Positions 45,172-55,419 of a stretch of 64,000 bases of DNA are shown here, piece after piece. Below the pieces are notes generated by a model that did no database searches, had not been told where the DNA came from, and saw only the letters and a list, made by a program, of their open reading frames with translations. The translations under genes and the position numbers were made by a program. Numbering within the stretch: the stretch's first letter is position 1; every line of letters starts with the position of its first letter. Origin of the DNA: Polyangiaceae bacterium (GTDB lineage: Bacteria; Myxococcota_A; Polyangia; Polyangiales; Polyangiaceae); the NCBI GenBank assembly GCA_016712345.1, contig JADJRH010000002.1:200466-264465 (forward strand), read 5' to 3'.

Positions 45172-47178
45172 TTATCGAGCGCGCTTGTCGCCGGGCGGGG
45201 TCAGTAGAGCGCGGACAGGCCCAGTCACAACGGCATTTTTCTTGGGCGTCAGATCGGCCACTTTGGTGAGAAAGGCTTCGGCGGTGGCGGCTTCACCCAA
45301 GACAAGTAACACCGCTGCTTGGTCGGCCAGAGTTCCCGCAACAATGGCCTTTGTCGATGGGTCGGCCTCCCCACCTTCCGCGGTCGCGGCGAGCACGCGC
45401 GCAAGTGGCTCCGTTTGAGCAGCAAGCGCCATTTTGCGGTCGGAAGGGCCTTGGGGTTCAGGTGCGTATTCAAGCCACAATCCGCGAACAGACAAGTGTC
45501 GATGAAGGCGCTCCGGCCAGGTGGCATAGAGTTCAACAAATAGCGGGCGTGAATCGGCGAGCGTTGATAAAGCATGTTCGCTCGGGGCGCCCGTGAGTGC
45601 CATGTCACGCAGCAACAGGCTTGTTGCTTTCTCGTTGGACAAGAGCGCTTCTGTCACATTGCCTCGCCCGAGGAGCGCCGCCGGAATCACAAGAACGTCC
45701 GGCCTTTGTCCCTTGGCAATTCGCGCGGCCCAAAGGCGCCAGGCGATCGCCGGAGATTTTGCGAGCACCGCTGAATGCGCCGGCAAATTGCCATACGCCT
45801 CATCCGTCCACACTTCCGCCGCCAATTGACTGCCACGATCGGCCGCCACGGCGGCCTCTTCAGAAGTGAGAGCAATCAATGTGACGTGGAACATGACAAC
45901 CAACACGCGCGCCGGGCCGGCGAGAGGCACATTGGCTTTTTTGAGAATCAATGTGATCTCATGGACGCCCGCAGCGGAAGCCACCGCAAGCGCGGAGATT
46001 GCCAAACATCGAAGAGGGGCAAACGGATCCGCTGTCAGAAACGAGGCGAGTCGCGCCGGCATAAAAGCGTCTAAAATGACCAATGAGGCCAGTGCTGCCA
46101 CCGCGGCGCGCGTTCGCGAGCGAATCACATAAAGCACTGCTCCAAACACGGCAATGAGGAGTGACAAGAGGCCAATCTCTCGACTCCAAGCAGACAATGC
46201 CGATGTTTCAGGGGCCGGCGTGTCGAGAGCTGAAACGCTTGCCGTCGATAAGAACCTTCCCAAGTCAATCCACGCGCGGGGTGCCAACGGACGCAGCGCC
46301 ACGGGCGCCATCAGCAACAGGGCAGTTATCACCGCCGCACCGACCACAAAAATCAACGCTCTACCCTCGGGGAGCGCCGAGCGCTGAATGGGTTTTGCGG
46401 GTAGAAATGGGCGTTTCAAGAGCAACGCCACAGCGCGGTCTGCCCTTTCCAACACCGATGTTTGAATGCGGGGCAACGCGAGCGCAATTGCAACGGCAAC
46501 CGCTCCACACAACCCCGCCGCCGGGCTCTCGGCAAATGCGGCTCCCGTGAGCGCGCCCAGGAACAGCCACGATCGAACTCCCGCAGACTCCGCCGAAGCG
46601 CAATGCAAAGCCGCCGTCACCGCGCCGAGACCCGCGCACGTGGCCCACATTCCGCCGCCGCCGACGGTACCTTCGAGTTGCCAGGCGGGTGACAGACTCG
46701 CAGTCAACGCGGCAACGGCGGCGAGCAACGCGGTCAGCTTGGAACCGTTGTGTACACTTGTTTCAGCGGTGCCATTTTTCGTGGGTGTTGCCGTGCGTCG
46801 AATTGATTGTGTACTCACCTGCGGCAACGCCGAGGCGAGCACTTTCACGGCCAGTTTGTACGTGAGCCATGCGCCGAGTCCGAGCGCAAATGCCGACGCC
46901 GCAGAGGCTCGAAATGTGCGCGATCCGAGCGGCAGAAGTGACGCGAATTGCGTTGCGACGGTGGAGAGCCCTCCCCCGATTCCCACGCTGACAAACCCGA
47001 GGTCGCGCACCGCCGGAAGATCGTCGCGCCACTGCCCCGAAGTGGCCGCTCGCGACAGGGCTACACCGAACGAAACGCCGGCAACAATCCACCCAAGCGC
47101 CGCTTCAACGAACCTGTCGGTGCTCGGTGCACCCTCCTGTGGAGTTTGGCGTGGGGTGGGGGATTGGCCCTTTTCCAT
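45172..47178 (-). CDS. large polytopic membrane protein (DUF2723/PMT-like glycosyltransferase fold, tentative) with soluble C-terminal helical domain
   Basis: More than 10 hydrophobic segments fill the first ~450 aa. The TPR-like tail is ..AATAEAFLTKVADL... Start taken at the ATG at 47178. Confidence 0.55.
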   Translation of the reverse strand: MEKGQSPTPRQTPQEGAPSTDRFVEAALGWIVAGVSFGVALSRAATSGQWRDDLPAVRDLGFVSVGIGGGLSTVATQFASLLPLGSRTFRASAASAFALGLGAWLTYKLAVKVLASALPQVSTQSIRRTATPTKNGTAETSVHNGSKLTALLAAVAALTASLSPAWQLEGTVGGGGMWATCAGLGAVTAALHCASAESAGVRSWLFLGALTGAAFAESPAAGLCGAVAVAIALALPRIQTSVLERADRAVALLLKRPFLPAKPIQRSALPEGRALIFVVGAAVITALLLMAPVALRPLAPRAWIDLGRFLSTASVSALDTPAPETSALSAWSREIGLLSLLIAVFGAVLYVIRSRTRAAVAALASLVILDAFMPARLASFLTADPFAPLRCLAISALAVASAAGVHEITLILKKANVPLAGPARVLVVMFHVTLIALTSEEAAVAADRGSQLAAEVWTDEAYGNLPAHSAVLAKSPAIAWRLWAARIAKGQRPDVLVIPAALLGRGNVTEALLSNEKATSLLLRDMALTGAPSEHALSTLADSRPLFVELYATWPERLHRHLSVRGLWLEYAPEPQGPSDRKMALAAQTEPLARVLAATAEGGEADPSTKAIVAGTLADQAAVLLVLGEAATAEAFLTKVADLTPKKNAVVTGPVRALLTPPGDKRAR

Positions 47179-47250
47179 CGACAACGCCGATGCCAGAAGG
47201 GTAGGCGTGGGGCCAAGTTTCCAGCGGCCCCGGAGAGCTTGTTGTTTTGA

Positions 47251-48480
47251 TTACACGTTGTCTACGGCATCACCCAACTCTTGCTTTAGGTAGATGCGTA
47301 GTTTGTGGGCGAGTCGAGCTTCAAGTTGGCGAACGCGTTCGCGTGAAACACCGAATTCATCGCCGAGTTCCTGCAATGTGAGCGGCTCGTCGGCGACCAT
47401 TCGCTTTTCAAAAATGATGATGTCTTTGCCCTTGAGTGTTTTTTTGAACTCGTCGAGGCGCTCTTTTACGAGCTTACCCATCTCTTCGTGTTCAAACGCC
47501 GCGTCGGGGCCGCTCAAATGCGATGCCATCATGTCGAGTCGCGACACCGACCGGCCGTCCGAATCGCCCACGGGAGCGTCGAGCGACGCCTCTCCCGACG
47601 AAAGGCGCCGATCCATGTCGATGACTTCTTTTTCTTCAACGCCGAGGCGCTTGGCGATTTCCGCCGCCTCGGGCTCAATTCCCAGGGCGCTGAGTTTTGC
47701 TTTCTCTTTGTTGAGATTGAAAAAGAGCTTTCGCTGCGCCTGCGTTGTGCCGAGTTTCACAAGGCGCCAGTTGTTTAAAATAAACCGCAAAATGTAGGCT
47801 CTAATCCACCACGCGGCATACGAAGACAACTTCACACCGCGGTAGGGATCATAACGTTTTACGGCCTGCATCAAGCCGATGTTCCCCTCCTGGATCAGGT
47901 CCATAATGTTCTTGTACGCACGCCGATATTCGTAGGCGAGCTTGACCACGAGACGCAGGTTGGCGGTTACCAAACGAGCCGCCGTCCGCGCATCCTGTGT
48001 GGTAGCGAACTTTGTTGTGAGTTCTTTCTCTTCGTCGGGCGTGAGCAGTTTGTGGCGCTGCACTTCACGCAGGTACGCCTGAAGTGGATCGGTGCGAGAC
48101 AGTGCCGCCGACTCTTCTCGTTCGGGGCGGTCGCTTCGCAGGCTTCGCTCAACAACTTTGGGGGAGTCACCATCGACACTTTCTTCGTCGATGATCTCCG
48201 CGGCCACATCAATAACTTCACCATCGACGGCTTCGGGATCGTCGAGATCGTCGCGACCCTCGTCTTCGTCTTCGTCCTCGTCTTCTTTTTTCGTCGCTTC
48301 GCTTTGAGCCTCCGCGGGTTTGGCCTGCCGCGCAGCGGTCGCGTTTTTTCCGCGTTTTGGAGTGCTTTTCAGCTCGCTCTCGCCGCGGCTGTCGATCGCG
48401 TCTTTGTCGATCGCAAGTTCATCGTCGTCCGTGTCTGGGGTGGATCGTTTCAACCGTCCCCCGCCTTTGTCGTTTGCCAA
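47251..48480 (-). CDS. rpoH: sigma-70 family factor of the RpoH (sigma-32) type with long acidic N-terminal extension
   Basis: The RpoH-box-like motif is TTQAQRKLFFNLNK. Region 2 is DLIQEGNIGLMQAVKRYDPYRGVKLSSYAAWWIRAYI and region 4 is ELGDEFGVSRERVRQLEARA. The start is uncertain: TTG at 48480, with no ATG in the first ~190 codons. Confidence 0.8.
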   Translation of the reverse strand: MANDKGGGRLKRSTPDTDDDELAIDKDAIDSRGESELKSTPKRGKNATAARQAKPAEAQSEATKKEDEDEDEDEGRDDLDDPEAVDGEVIDVAAEIIDEESVDGDSPKVVERSLRSDRPEREESAALSRTDPLQAYLREVQRHKLLTPDEEKELTTKFATTQDARTAARLVTANLRLVVKLAYEYRRAYKNIMDLIQEGNIGLMQAVKRYDPYRGVKLSSYAAWWIRAYILRFILNNWRLVKLGTTQAQRKLFFNLNKEKAKLSALGIEPEAAEIAKRLGVEEKEVIDMDRRLSSGEASLDAPVGDSDGRSVSRLDMMASHLSGPDAAFEHEEMGKLVKERLDEFKKTLKGKDIIIFEKRMVADEPLTLQELGDEFGVSRERVRQLEARLAHKLRIYLKQELGDAVDNV

Positions 48481-48598
48481 GGTGACCTCGTCGGAACCGC
48501 TTTTCTATACCAACTTCGTGCGCGCGGCACGGAGGACTTGGTTCTCTTCAAGGTGGCTTCTACGCGACGAGCGCGGAACGTGCTAAGCCCCGTCCAAC

Positions 48599-49255
48599 GT
48601 GGACTCAGAACGGCCCGCACCCCCCACCCAAGAACGGCGTGTACACCGCCCGTTTTATCTCGTCGCGGCGATGGTCCTCGTATGGATCGCCGGCGTTGAA
48701 ATATTTCTCGACGCGGCCAAAATCGCGACGGTGCTTCGGAGCGGGGCGCTCCCGGATGTGGAGACCGTTGTTCGAGCGGGCGGTGTCGACAGTTATTCGC
48801 TCGTGGGCCAGGTGCTCATGGCTGCGCGGCTCACCGTCATGGGATCGGTGCCACACCTGGCTTTTCCGCTCGCCGTGGCCCGCGCCATTCTCGCGTGTAC
48901 ACTTATTTTCGCGAGCACAACGGTGCTTTTGGGCAGGCCCACAGCGCGCGTGTTTGCCCTTCAGTCTCTCGGCGCAAACGCTATTTTTGCAATTATTGAA
49001 TACGCGTTGTTAAAGCAGGTCCGAGGAACGTACATTGACATGGCGGCGCGCGGTGCGGCGTTGATCAACGATCCAACATCATCTTTGAGTCTGCCCGAAT
49101 TTGCGCATCTCATCGGCTATTGGCTTGAACGTGTGATTTTCGCCGCCCGCCTGGGTGTACCCTTTGCGGCGGCACTCGCGCTCACCACGCAGCGTACAAA
49201 GGTCTTTTTTGCGGAGGCGGCCGCCGCCGCGGAAAGCGCCGAAGAAGAACCGTAA
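48599..49255 (+). CDS. hypothetical membrane protein
   Basis: GTG start and 4-5 hydrophobic helices. It is divergent from the sigma factor gene. Confidence 0.45.
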   Translation: MDSERPAPPTQERRVHRPFYLVAAMVLVWIAGVEIFLDAAKIATVLRSGALPDVETVVRAGGVDSYSLVGQVLMAARLTVMGSVPHLAFPLAVARAILACTLIFASTTVLLGRPTARVFALQSLGANAIFAIIEYALLKQVRGTYIDMAARGAALINDPTSSLSLPEFAHLIGYWLERVIFAARLGVPFAAALALTTQRTKVFFAEAAAAAESAEEEP

Positions 49256-49262
49256 GGTACAC

Positions 49263-51173
49263 ATGGCCACGTCCGGTCCGATGAAGGCGCAACCCACGCG
49301 CCGAAAGATCCATGTTTTGCCGGACGATCTCGCAAATCAGATCGCCGCGGGTGAAGTGGTTGAACGGCCGTCGAGCATCATCAAAGAGCTGGTTGAAAAT
49401 TCGCTCGACGCGGGCGCTCGCAAAGTGCGCGTTGACATAGAGGGCGGTGGGATCTCGCTCGCGCGTGTTGCGGACGACGGCTCGGGCATGGATCGTCGGG
49501 ACGCGGAGCTTTGTTTGTTGCGACACGCCACGAGCAAAATCGAAACGCTCGCCGATCTCGCGGGTGTACAGAGTTTTGGTTTCAGGGGCGAGGCGTTGCC
49601 GAGCATTGCATCGGTTTCGCGCCTCGTGCTGCAAACCAGACGTGAGAGTGATCCCGAAGGCACCGAAGTTCGAGTTGAAGGCGGCGGTGAGCGCGTGACA
49701 TTGCCGTGCGGTGTTTCGGTGGGCACCGTTGTGGAGGTGCGCGATCTGTTTTTCAACGTTCCCGCGCGTCGAAAATTTTTGCGAGCCGCCGCCACTGAAA
49801 GCGCTCACGTCACCGATGTTGTGCAGGCGATGGCGCTTGGCGCACCGGCCACATCGATCGTGCTTTCGCGCGACGGTCGCGTGGCTCGTGAATGGCTTCG
49901 CACCACATCGCGTGAAGAGCGCGCACGCCAAATATTGAGCGGTGAAGAACTCGCGGCGTGTCGCGGCGCCCGCGGTCCGCTCAGTGTTGAAGCCTTCTTG
50001 TCGAGGCCCGAACGAGCACGTTCCGGCGCTGTGGGTCTCACGCTTCTCGTGAACGGTCGCGTTGTGAAAGATCGAAGCCTCGCGCGATCGGTGGCGCTCG
50101 CGTACGGCAGCGTTTTGGAACCGGGGCGCTACCCGATTGGGGTTGTGTACATCGATCTCCCGCCCGAGTTGGTTGACGTGAATGTACACCCGCAAAAAGC
50201 CGAGGTGCGTTTTGCCGATGGGCGCGCCGCGTCCGACGCTGTGTATCGCATCTTGGCCGATGCGCTCACGCATGCTTTTGGACTGCCGATCTCGCGGTTG
50301 CCGGGCGCTCACCACCACAAGCCCAAAACCGCCGAACTGGCACCCTCAGAGTCGTGGTCATGGGAGTCGGGCGCAGCTGTCGGGCCCACTGTCACCCCTC
50401 CGTCGGTTGAAAACAGGCAATATTCAGGTCCGCCGATTGACGCTCCCGAAGTGGCAGACTTGCACTTGGAAAAGAGCGGTTCTTTTGACGGTGGGCCGGA
50501 AGCGCCGATGCGGGTTCAACCGGTGCCGTATCTACCCATTCAGGTGCCTGAGCCGCACCCCATTGAGGTTGTAAACACCGTCGATCAGCGCACTCCATTT
50601 GATGCGCTCAACTACCTGGGTCAACTGCGGGCAACGTTTCTGCTTTGCGAGGGGCCCGACGGCCTCTACATCCTTGACCAACACGCGGCGGCGGAAAGGG
50701 TAACCTACCATCGACTTCGAACGGCCTACAACCAAAAGGCGGTGGCCACTCAGAAGCTGCTTTTCCCGGTGATCGTTGGCGTTTCGGCGCGTGAAGTGGC
50801 CCTTGTTGAAGAAGGCGAAGAAGCTGTCCGAGCCGCCGGATTTGACCTGCGTCCGGCCGGACCTACCCATGTGGCCGTTCATTCAATTCCCCAACTGCTT
50901 GTGCGTGCGTCGCCTGAAAAATTGGTTCGCGACCTTCTCGCCGAAGTGAGCCACGAAGGCCAACGTGCCTTTTCAGGTGCCATTGATTTGGCGCTCGCAA
51001 CAATGGCTTGTCACGGCTCTATTCGGGCGGGAGAGCGGGTGTCTCCCGACGAAGCGAAAGCCCTGTTGAGAGCGCTTGATGAGGTGGATTTTGCGGGTCA
51101 CTGTCCTCACGGAAGGCCCGTTGTTCACCGGGTCAGCTACGGTGAGTTGGAATTGCGTGTTGGGCGCAGGTAG
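49263..51173 (+). CDS. mutL: DNA mismatch repair protein MutL
   Basis: From the ATG at 49263: ..KIHVLPDDLANQIAAGEVVERPSSIIKELVENSLDAGA..DDGSGM..FGFRGEALPSI... C-terminus ..QHAAAERVTY..CPHGRPV... Confidence 0.9.
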   Translation: MATSGPMKAQPTRRKIHVLPDDLANQIAAGEVVERPSSIIKELVENSLDAGARKVRVDIEGGGISLARVADDGSGMDRRDAELCLLRHATSKIETLADLAGVQSFGFRGEALPSIASVSRLVLQTRRESDPEGTEVRVEGGGERVTLPCGVSVGTVVEVRDLFFNVPARRKFLRAAATESAHVTDVVQAMALGAPATSIVLSRDGRVAREWLRTTSREERARQILSGEELAACRGARGPLSVEAFLSRPERARSGAVGLTLLVNGRVVKDRSLARSVALAYGSVLEPGRYPIGVVYIDLPPELVDVNVHPQKAEVRFADGRAASDAVYRILADALTHAFGLPISRLPGAHHHKPKTAELAPSESWSWESGAAVGPTVTPPSVENRQYSGPPIDAPEVADLHLEKSGSFDGGPEAPMRVQPVPYLPIQVPEPHPIEVVNTVDQRTPFDALNYLGQLRATFLLCEGPDGLYILDQHAAAERVTYHRLRTAYNQKAVATQKLLFPVIVGVSAREVALVEEGEEAVRAAGFDLRPAGPTHVAVHSIPQLLVRASPEKLVRDLLAEVSHEGQRAFSGAIDLALATMACHGSIRAGERVSPDEAKALLRALDEVDFAGHCPHGRPVVHRVSYGELELRVGRR

Positions 51174-51240
51174 AGCTGTCGAGCACATTTGCCAACGTGG
51201 GGAACGAAACGCGCGCCGTTCAGGTTTGTTACGTGCCGTT

Positions 51241-52086
51241 TCAGATTTTTACGTAGTGGATGGGTAGATCGCGAATCCACGTGCGCTGTCGGCGAACAAA
51301 TACCCGCGTTGCGCGCACAATGGTAGGTGCCAATTCGCTCTCGGGGATTTGACCGCGTATGTAACTCAGCACTTCACGGTAGCCCACGGACTGCATGGCT
51401 CTCGTGTTTTCATAACCCAGATCAACAAGGTGTTTCACCTCATCGATCCAGCCTGTTTGAAGCCAATGGGTGGTTCGTTTGGCAATGCGCTCGTCGAGTT
51501 CTGCGTCGGCCCTGTCGGCGGCGATAAAGCGCGCTTTGTACTTTTGCTCCCGAAACCCGTGCTCGCTTTGCAACTCCGTCATTGTTTTGCCCGACACGGC
51601 AAACACTTCTAGAGCGCGACTGACGCGCACAAAATCGTTGGGCGACAAGCGTGCTGCGGCCACGGGGTCGATCAACTGGAGTTGGGCGTGCAACGCTGCG
51701 CGCCCCTGAGACTCGGCAATGAGAGTGTGCTCGGCCCGCACGGCGGGGTTTGCTCCGGGCATGGGGGCGAGCCCCCACACAAGGGCTTTGACCCACAAGA
51801 AAGAACCGCCGCATACAATAGGTATTCTGTTGCGACCGCGAATATCGGAGACCGCCTGTTCTGCCATTTCAGCGTAGCGGCTCGCTTCAAGCTGAACGCT
51901 CGGGTCAACGACACTCAGCAGATGATGAGGCGCGCGGGCGAGTTCTTCGCCGGTTGGTTTTCCTGAGCCGATGTCAAAGTGCGTGTACACCTGCACGCTG
52001 TCGGCATTAACGATTTCTCCACCGAACTTTTGCGCCAACAAGATGGCCAGTTCTGTTTTGCCGCTCGCTGTTGGCCCCACAACCAC
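51241..52086 (-). CDS. miaA: tRNA dimethylallyltransferase MiaA
   Basis: Blocks are GPTASGKTELAI, IVNADSVQVYTHFDIGSGKPT, PHHLL and IVCGGSFLWVKAL. GTG start with a very short N-terminus. Confidence 0.9.
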   Translation of the reverse strand: MVVGPTASGKTELAILLAQKFGGEIVNADSVQVYTHFDIGSGKPTGEELARAPHHLLSVVDPSVQLEASRYAEMAEQAVSDIRGRNRIPIVCGGSFLWVKALVWGLAPMPGANPAVRAEHTLIAESQGRAALHAQLQLIDPVAAARLSPNDFVRVSRALEVFAVSGKTMTELQSEHGFREQKYKARFIAADRADAELDERIAKRTTHWLQTGWIDEVKHLVDLGYENTRAMQSVGYREVLSYIRGQIPESELAPTIVRATRVFVRRQRTWIRDLPIHYVKI

Positions 52087-52198
52087 AAGGAGTTCATCGG
52101 GCTCGGGAGGGTCAGCTCATTCCAGAGGATGATTGGCCCGACCTGATTTCGAGGTCGAATCTGACTGCGGGGCGGGGGCATTCAAACCAATCGCTGCT

Positions 52199-54214
52199 TT
52201 AGGGCAAGAGGCCGAGGCTGCGGAAGAATGAATACCCGCTCACAACAAGCGCCCTTGAGTCTTCAAACGTGCCTTGTTGCACCTCAACGGTGAGGCCAAC
52301 TTTGCTGCCGGTGCTGGTTTCAGCCCCGGTGCCGGTGACAAAAATGGGCGTTTTACCCTTGTTTGGAAGAGCTGTGAGAGCACTTGTCAGTTGTTTGAGT
52401 TCTGATGGAGTGCCCGATTCATCCATTTGCTCAAGTGCTTGAATGCTTGTGGCGATGCCGTTTGTAATCATGCCGGCGGAAAAAAATCCACCAAACATCT
52501 GCTTGCCGGTGCGAAGACTTTCAAGGTCGCTCCGACTGGCAAGTTGGTCTTTGTCGGATGCGCCGACCTTTGTTGTTTGAAGGCGTTTCACAAGTTCATC
52601 TTTGGCCGCACCAATGGCAAGCCACGTGTTGTCCCCGTCCAGCATTAAGAATACATATAGTTTTAGCGACATTGTCGCAGGCTTTTTGGTGGCCGCATCA
52701 CCGGGATTGGGAGCTTCCACGTTGGGGATCGTGATCTCCAGCCCTTCACTCCCCGCACCCAGTGCCGCGGGGGCCGGGATTGATTTGACGGTGGGTAGAT
52801 GTTTGGAGTCGCTCCCCAACATTTTCTTGAAACCGGTTTGGATACCGGGCGCTTTGTATGCCTCAATGAAGTCTTTCAGCTGCTTTTTCAGCGCGGCCGG
52901 GCCCTCATCCATTCCAAACAGGTTCCACCCAGCCAAACTTGTAAAGCCGGCTTCAACAAGCTTTTTGCCCTCATCTTTGGAGCCTTTTTGGGGGAAAGAT
53001 GCCGGCAACGTTCCATGCGCCCATACCATGTTTGTGTTTTTGCCGTACGGCGCACTAATCAGATCTGTCAGGCGCTTTCGGTCGGCCGCGTTCACACCCT
53101 CGGCCGCCAATACTCCGTCGAAAAGGCCTCGAAACTGTGCGATCATGTTCGTATACAACGCAGGATCGGCGCCGCGTCCGTACATGGCGCTGTCGGCATC
53201 TTTGGGCGCGCGCCAATAAATGCTCGGCGGCGCGGCGGCGCGATCGAGCCTATCGGTCATGGCCTGCGCAAACCAAGACGTTTTGGTTGCAAACTCAAAC
53301 TCTGTGTTGCTGCGAAGACAAGTTCCACTCCGATTTGTGGTTACCTCAGACACAATGTTTTGAGTGTCGGCAAGAATCTTGGGAATGTCTTCTTGGACGG
53401 ATGTTGCCATGTTGAACAAGGCTTGATCCACACGCGCGTCACCACTGCCCACTTCTGCAACAACAGTGTCGGGCAACACCCGCAACATGTTTTTGAATGT
53501 TTGACCGTACCGTTTTTGGGCGACGTTCATACGCGCTTCCACGTGAATGTCGGGACCGCCCCAGTCTTTCAGCGGTGCGCTGCGCGTTAAATAAGGGCCC
53601 AGCGCGTTGAGCGATTTTGCATTGTGCGAACACACGAGTCGGGCCGGTGACGGACCCACGGCTGTCGAAATCCAACACACAGCCCCACGCGCGTTTTTGA
53701 GTTGCCACGTTCCGGGCGACACTTCTGTCATTTTGCCTTCCGGATCCACGGCGGCGCGCGCTCCGTCGAGGGATGAAAGGCCCGCCGCCACGGCAAACAG
53801 AGGTGGACGCGGTCTCTCTTCAGGGTCGAGCGTTACAATCATGTCAACCGGCGCGTCCACCGCAATGACGCCCGCGAGTTTGCGTGTGTCCACACCGCCC
53901 CCTCGAATGAACTCGCGCAGAACCTCGCTCACCATGAGGCGCGCATTGACCTCGACAAGAACGGGTGCAACACCACCGCACGACGCCAGGTTCGAAACGC
54001 TTTGGAGCGGGTTGCGCCAACGAGCGATGCCGACAACATCGGTGGGATCGGCGATCGGCGCGGCCTCAACGGCTTCGGTTGCGGAGGCCGAAGCTGTCGT
54101 CGGCGGCGCAACTTCTACCGGCGCTGTTTGGACAGTCGGCGTCACAACGGCCGGCCCACATGCTGAAAGACCCGCGAAAAGAACAGAAACCGCGCCGAAT
54201 TGGGCTCTACGCAT
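52199..54214 (-). CDS. large hypothetical lipoprotein
   Basis: The ATG at 54214 gives MRRAQFGAVSVLFAGLSACG (lipobox). No family recognised. Confidence 0.6.
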   Translation of the reverse strand: MRRAQFGAVSVLFAGLSACGPAVVTPTVQTAPVEVAPPTTASASATEAVEAAPIADPTDVVGIARWRNPLQSVSNLASCGGVAPVLVEVNARLMVSEVLREFIRGGGVDTRKLAGVIAVDAPVDMIVTLDPEERPRPPLFAVAAGLSSLDGARAAVDPEGKMTEVSPGTWQLKNARGAVCWISTAVGPSPARLVCSHNAKSLNALGPYLTRSAPLKDWGGPDIHVEARMNVAQKRYGQTFKNMLRVLPDTVVAEVGSGDARVDQALFNMATSVQEDIPKILADTQNIVSEVTTNRSGTCLRSNTEFEFATKTSWFAQAMTDRLDRAAAPPSIYWRAPKDADSAMYGRGADPALYTNMIAQFRGLFDGVLAAEGVNAADRKRLTDLISAPYGKNTNMVWAHGTLPASFPQKGSKDEGKKLVEAGFTSLAGWNLFGMDEGPAALKKQLKDFIEAYKAPGIQTGFKKMLGSDSKHLPTVKSIPAPAALGAGSEGLEITIPNVEAPNPGDAATKKPATMSLKLYVFLMLDGDNTWLAIGAAKDELVKRLQTTKVGASDKDQLASRSDLESLRTGKQMFGGFFSAGMITNGIATSIQALEQMDESGTPSELKQLTSALTALPNKGKTPIFVTGTGAETSTGSKVGLTVEVQQGTFEDSRALVVSGYSFFRSLGLLP

Positions 54215-54330
54215 GATGGGCTTATATTGTGCGATCCAGCTCATGTCATGCTCAAAGCACGAGACATTAGAGCTACGCTTGGGTCGTCACGCGTCTTTCA
54301 TTTTGTTCCGTTCTGAGGCACGAAAGCACC

Positions 54331-55050
54331 ATGCACACAACCACACGATGGCTTTCGTTCTGCGCTCTGTTTTCCCTTGCGCCGCTGGCCGCGGTGGCGT
54401 GCGGAGACGGTACGCCGGACGCAAACACTCCACCCCAACCAACGGCTGAACCCACGGCGAGTGCGTCGGCCGGTCCCACAGCGGCGCCCACCGCTGTTCC
54501 CACGGCGGAGCCCACGGCCACGCCAACCGCCGAGCCAACAGCGTCCGCAAGTGCGTCGGCACCTGTCGACAAGCCCAAGTCGGGTCGCCCGCCGGTGCTC
54601 CTGGCAGATGCCAAGTCCATCACCGACACATTCGGTTTTTCGCCGGGTGCCAAGCTTGAACTTGGTGACAAAGAAATTGCCACTCTTCGCATTCCCGAAG
54701 GGGCTCTTTCGCAAGCCACTGTTGTCACATTCGCTATCGACACCAAGTGCAAAACCACAGGTGTCGTTACCGGCAAACTCTACAAGATCACACCTACCAT
54801 CCCACCCGCAGCAACTCCCGCGTCGGTTCCTTCAAACAACGGCGCCCCGTACACGCTGATCCTCCCCGGAGTTAAAAAGCGTGATTTGAACCTGGCAATT
54901 GGCACGTACGCCAAAGATGCAAAAGGAAACGAGGCAATTGTTTGGAAGATTCTCGGGCCCGCCAAAGTAGACGAGTCGGGGATTTTTGAATTTCACCTCG
55001 ATACTCTCCCGGACGGTTGTGTACACCTGACAAACAAGCCGCCCACCTGA
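54331..55050 (+). CDS. hypothetical lipoprotein with PTAEPTA-type tandem low-complexity repeats
   Basis: Lipobox ..LAPLAAVACGDG, followed by PTAEPTASASAGPTAAPTAVPTAEPTATPTAEPTASASASAP. Confidence 0.6.
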   Translation: MHTTTRWLSFCALFSLAPLAAVACGDGTPDANTPPQPTAEPTASASAGPTAAPTAVPTAEPTATPTAEPTASASASAPVDKPKSGRPPVLLADAKSITDTFGFSPGAKLELGDKEIATLRIPEGALSQATVVTFAIDTKCKTTGVVTGKLYKITPTIPPAATPASVPSNNGAPYTLILPGVKKRDLNLAIGTYAKDAKGNEAIVWKILGPAKVDESGIFEFHLDTLPDGCVHLTNKPPT

Positions 55051-55145
55051 CCTCCTGGGTCTCGTGGGTAGCTGGCAGCCCCAGAGCGACGGCTGAAGCG
55101 TCACGCCAAGACCTGAAGCGCCTGGATGCCTGTGACGTCTCTTTC

Positions 55146-55321
55146 ACCACGGAATCACGGAGAACACAGAACACACGGAGTTTTTTTGTTTCTTGGGCTG
55201 CAATGGGTACACATCATCCGTGATCCCAACCTGACAGGGGATCGGTCAGGTGGTGCGAGACGATTGCAGCCTAAAATACAAAAAACTCCGTGGATCTCCG
55301 TGATCTCCGTGCCTCTGTGTT
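55146..55321. repeat. palindromic intergenic element with CACGGAG iteron arrays (copy B)
   Basis: cacCACGGAatCACGGAGaaCACAGAacaCACGGAGtttttttgtttcttGGGCTGCAATggg ...variable loop... cgATTGCAGCCtaaaatacaaaaaaCTCCGTGgatCTCCGTGatCTCCGTGcCTCTGTGttg. It shares arms with 7741-7892, but the central loop differs. Confidence 0.75.
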
Positions 55322-55419
55322 GATTACGAAGTATCAGGAATCGAGACGTCACAGGTCATTGTGGGCGAGCTTAGCGCTGCGGAGCGCGTTTCCCGGCCGC
55401 TTTGTGAGATGCTTGGCGC

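Noticed and set aside
49155-49262. Upstream extension of mutL in the track (start 49155)
   Set aside because: It overlaps the preceding gene and encodes an Arg/Pro-rich junk-like peptide. Conserved MutL sequence begins just after the ATG at 49263.
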